From the NCBI GenBank assembly GCA_024137785.1, contig JAHRHZ010000116.1, forward strand, positions 124,001 through 188,000: a stretch of DNA of 64,000 nucleotides, read 5' to 3'. The translations under genes were made by a program, and so were the position numbers. Positions 61,326 to 64,000 of this stretch are shown piece after piece. The notes beneath the pieces were generated by a model. That model did no database searches and had not been told where the DNA came from. It was given only the letters and a program-made list of their open reading frames with translations. Source of the DNA: Ginglymostoma cirratum. Lineage: Eukaryota. Position 1 is the first letter of the stretch. The number at the start of each line of letters is the position of its first letter.

Positions 61326-62034
61326 CTTCAACTTGAGGCAAATTTAACTGCTAAAGGGGTTTTAAGTGAGAAACTGTAATGACGTGCACTTCCCAAATTG
61401 ACTACATTCGGACAATGTATCTGTGTGACTGTTCCAATCAGTCCTGAATAGAGATTGAGTTCTCCTGTATAAATTGAATACAGAATTAGCAATTGGCAGT
61501 AGAACGATGATGCGGTTATAAAATGTCCCTCGAATGCATGACTGCCGATTTCCCCTGTTCATTGGTCCCTGTCTGTTTTGATGCTGCCAGTACGGAATGA
61601 CAAGCAACAATATTTCCCTCATCTGTCCCGCATAGAAGTTGATCAGAATTCAAAACTCTCTAAATTCAGGCACACTAGTGACAGTGAGAGAAAAAGGAAC
61701 ATCTAACTTTAACAGCTCTATCTATTTCATTGAAGCTACTTATTTTAGTCCAGTAAGTGGCTAAGCAGTCTGTTATCTCAGTTCTGGATCAAGTTGTCTG
61801 TGTTTACTGTTTTTTTAACTCAGTACAATGCACCACTACCGTTTCCCTTGACTTACGTAAGCATAGACTTGTGTTAACTTACGTCATCAGACCATCAGAT
61901 CTGGGTCACCCTATTACATGATACACAGGAAGTTCCATCAAATTAAACGCAACCAAATGCTGTCAGCTTGTAAATCTCCGATGTTCTGCAGTGTTCTGAG
62001 GCATTGAAACATACCTGCGTTGAAAAACGCACCG

Positions 62035-63130
62035 ATGTGGCGCTCCATCCTCTCTCTGGTGTGTGTGGCTTTCATTGTTGGTAAGAAATTAATTTCAAAA
62101 AAGGATATCATCCCCTTAGGTATAAATTTGTGAAACAGAGTGATCACATTCGCCCTCCTGAGTGTGTACTTCTGGTCACTTTCTTACCTGAAGAAAGTAG
62201 GTCACAGAACACAAAGGCAAGTCAATTCGTGCAGATATTGTTAGAATTTAGTCTTTGCAACCGTGAGAAAACAAAAAGAAAGCTTATGTTCCTTTCGCTA
62301 CTAACCACAAGAAAATCGGATAACCGGACTGACGTCTTTACAGATGTAAAGTGGTCATAGATTCCGGACATTGGGAGTAAACTGCAAACTAGACGTTACT
62401 ATATCAATTAACTTAATGAAGAAAAGAAAGAGGCACAAAATGATTCAAAAGAGGTTTCAAGAGAAATGTGTTTGGTGGTGAATGTCTAGACGGTGGTTAT
62501 CGTTAACTCAAGGAATATGTCAGAGAGCAACAAAGATGTTCTTTTCAGGAAAGTAGATACAAGTGTGATGTAGAAATAGGCGTGGAGATTTTCTGACAGA
62601 GTGATAACGAGCAATAGGCATGATGCTTGCGGGTTTTTTACACGTGGAAACGAGACTGATTGGCCGAATGGGTTTTTGCCACTCTCAATTCTATCTTTTT
62701 AATGTTAATACTGTGAATTTCCATCTTCTTTTCATTTTGTTCGAACATTTAATTGGTGATTTTACCTTTCTACAGCCTTGTATTCCAGACAGGAGCAATG
62801 GAAATTATGTAAGTCAGTGGGAGTCCTCACTCATTCAGATGAAGGGAGAGGATGTCACTTTAAAGTGTACCTACACTGCAGTCCTCTATCCGTGTTCTGG
62901 TACCGTCAGTATCCAGGCTGGCAGCCCGACTTTGCAATCCGTAGGTACACGAGTAGTGCTGCTGAAACGAAGGCAGATTTCGCTCAGATCCGGTTTTCCG
63001 ATGCCCTGCAGCAGGCACACAAGTTCTATCAGTTGACTATCTTGGAGCTGCTGCTTTCTGACACCAGGGTATATTATTGTGCAATCAGTCTAACGGGAGT
63101 GGGAGCAAGTGAAAGCCTCGTACAATAAGT
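62035..63130 (+). pseudogene. TCR alpha-type V pseudogene (V-62k), near-intact coding
   Basis: Leader 62035-80 MWRSILSLVCVAFIV|GTAAGA; acceptor 62787-8. RSNGNYVSQWESSLIQMKGEDVTLKCTYT, then a 1-nt deletion at ~62878, SPLSVFWYRQYPGWQPDFAIRRYTSSAAETKADFAQIRFSDALQQAHKFYQLTILELLLSDTRVYYCAIS. Heptamer destroyed (AACGGGA 63092-8); nonamer ACAATAAGT 63122-30. Confidence 0.95.
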
Positions 63131-63254
63131 ACTGCTGGTTTCTGGGGCACAGTTTCAGCATCTTAAGAGCTGTTATTCAGCTCTTATTCCATGGTCACAC
63201 ACTGGAACTTTGTTACATTTCTGTGGAGTAAAAATCATGGAGGACAATTCAGAT

Positions 63255-64000
63255 TGATTATTTGATTGTCACGTGCACTGAATTATAGTCAAAAGCTTTG
63301 CTTATGAGCCATACAAGCAGATCATAGGAAGCAGGGGTACAGAAACACCTAGGCAGAGGCAAACAAGTCACATTGCACAGGACATACTGAAGGTGGGCTC
63401 AAGCTTAGCGAAATGAGCAGTATTTGAGTCTGGAAAATCAACTTAACAGTCTAATAACTTGAGGAAGAAGCTGTTCCTGAAACTACTGGTGGGTGTGTTC
63501 AGGCTTCTGTATCTTTTGCTGGACCCAAAAGGTTACAAAATTTTTTGCAGTGGGGGTGCAATGGGTCTTCGTTTATGTTTGTGGACTCTCCACAGCAAAG
63601 AGCCGTGTAAATTGGGTCCATGGATGGAAGGTTGGCTAAAGCGCTCGTTTTGACTGTGCACACCATCTTCTGTAGTTTCTTGTGATCCTGGGCAGAAGGG
63701 TGCCACAGCTGGCTGTCATGCACCTGGACAGTATGCTTTCAACTGTGCATTTGTGGAAGTTGGTGTGAGTCCTCGTGGTCATGCCAAATTTCCTCAGCTA
63801 CCTGAGGAATAAGAGGCGTTTTCGTGCCTTCTTCAACGTGGGAACGCATCTACGTGGGAAGTCCAGGACAGGTTGTCAGTTATCATCACTCCGAGAAGCT
63901 TGACTCACTCCACCCTCTCAAACTCAATTCCATGGATATTAATTGGGGCATATTCTCTTCCTTTATTTCTGTAGTCAGTAATCAATTCTTTCGTTTTTCT
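63255..64000 (-). mobile_element. Rex1/Babar-like LINE 3' portion
   Basis: DHKKLQKMVCTV...LPSMDPIY...EDPLHP (ORF 63499-63723); runs off the window end. Confidence 0.7.

Noticed and set aside
1-64000. NARTCR V pairs, or D, J and C segments
   Set aside because: No leaderless supporting V with an upstream NAR V-D-J, no 12-RSS-flanked segments and no C-domain exons were recognised.

Overview
Eukaryotic (vertebrate) DNA, almost certainly from a cartilaginous fish (HE1/V-SINE-, CR1- and Penelope-type repeats of shark type). The window is a stretch of the variable-gene array of an antigen-receptor locus, most likely the T-cell receptor alpha/delta locus. I read 13 V segments: 8 on + and 5 on -, from several families, mostly with a phase-1 leader exon, a V exon and a 23-bp-spacer RSS. 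Only one (42984-43449) looks intact; the others are pseudogenes or relics, and 3 more very decayed candidates are flagged at low confidence. No D, J or C segments were found. The intervals between V genes hold CR1 LINEs, SINEs, hammerhead-ribozyme-bearing Penelope-related short elements, an inverted Penelope composite, a ~1.69-kb tandem duplication, and a Gmr1-type LTR retrotransposon (PR-IN-RT-RH order). A deleted gamma/epsilon-like endogenous retrovirus has inserted into the Gmr1 element, exactly within the RT 'FLGH' motif, with a 4-bp GGTC target-site duplication. All translations, alignments and divergence estimates were made by eye; repeat boundaries are approximate.
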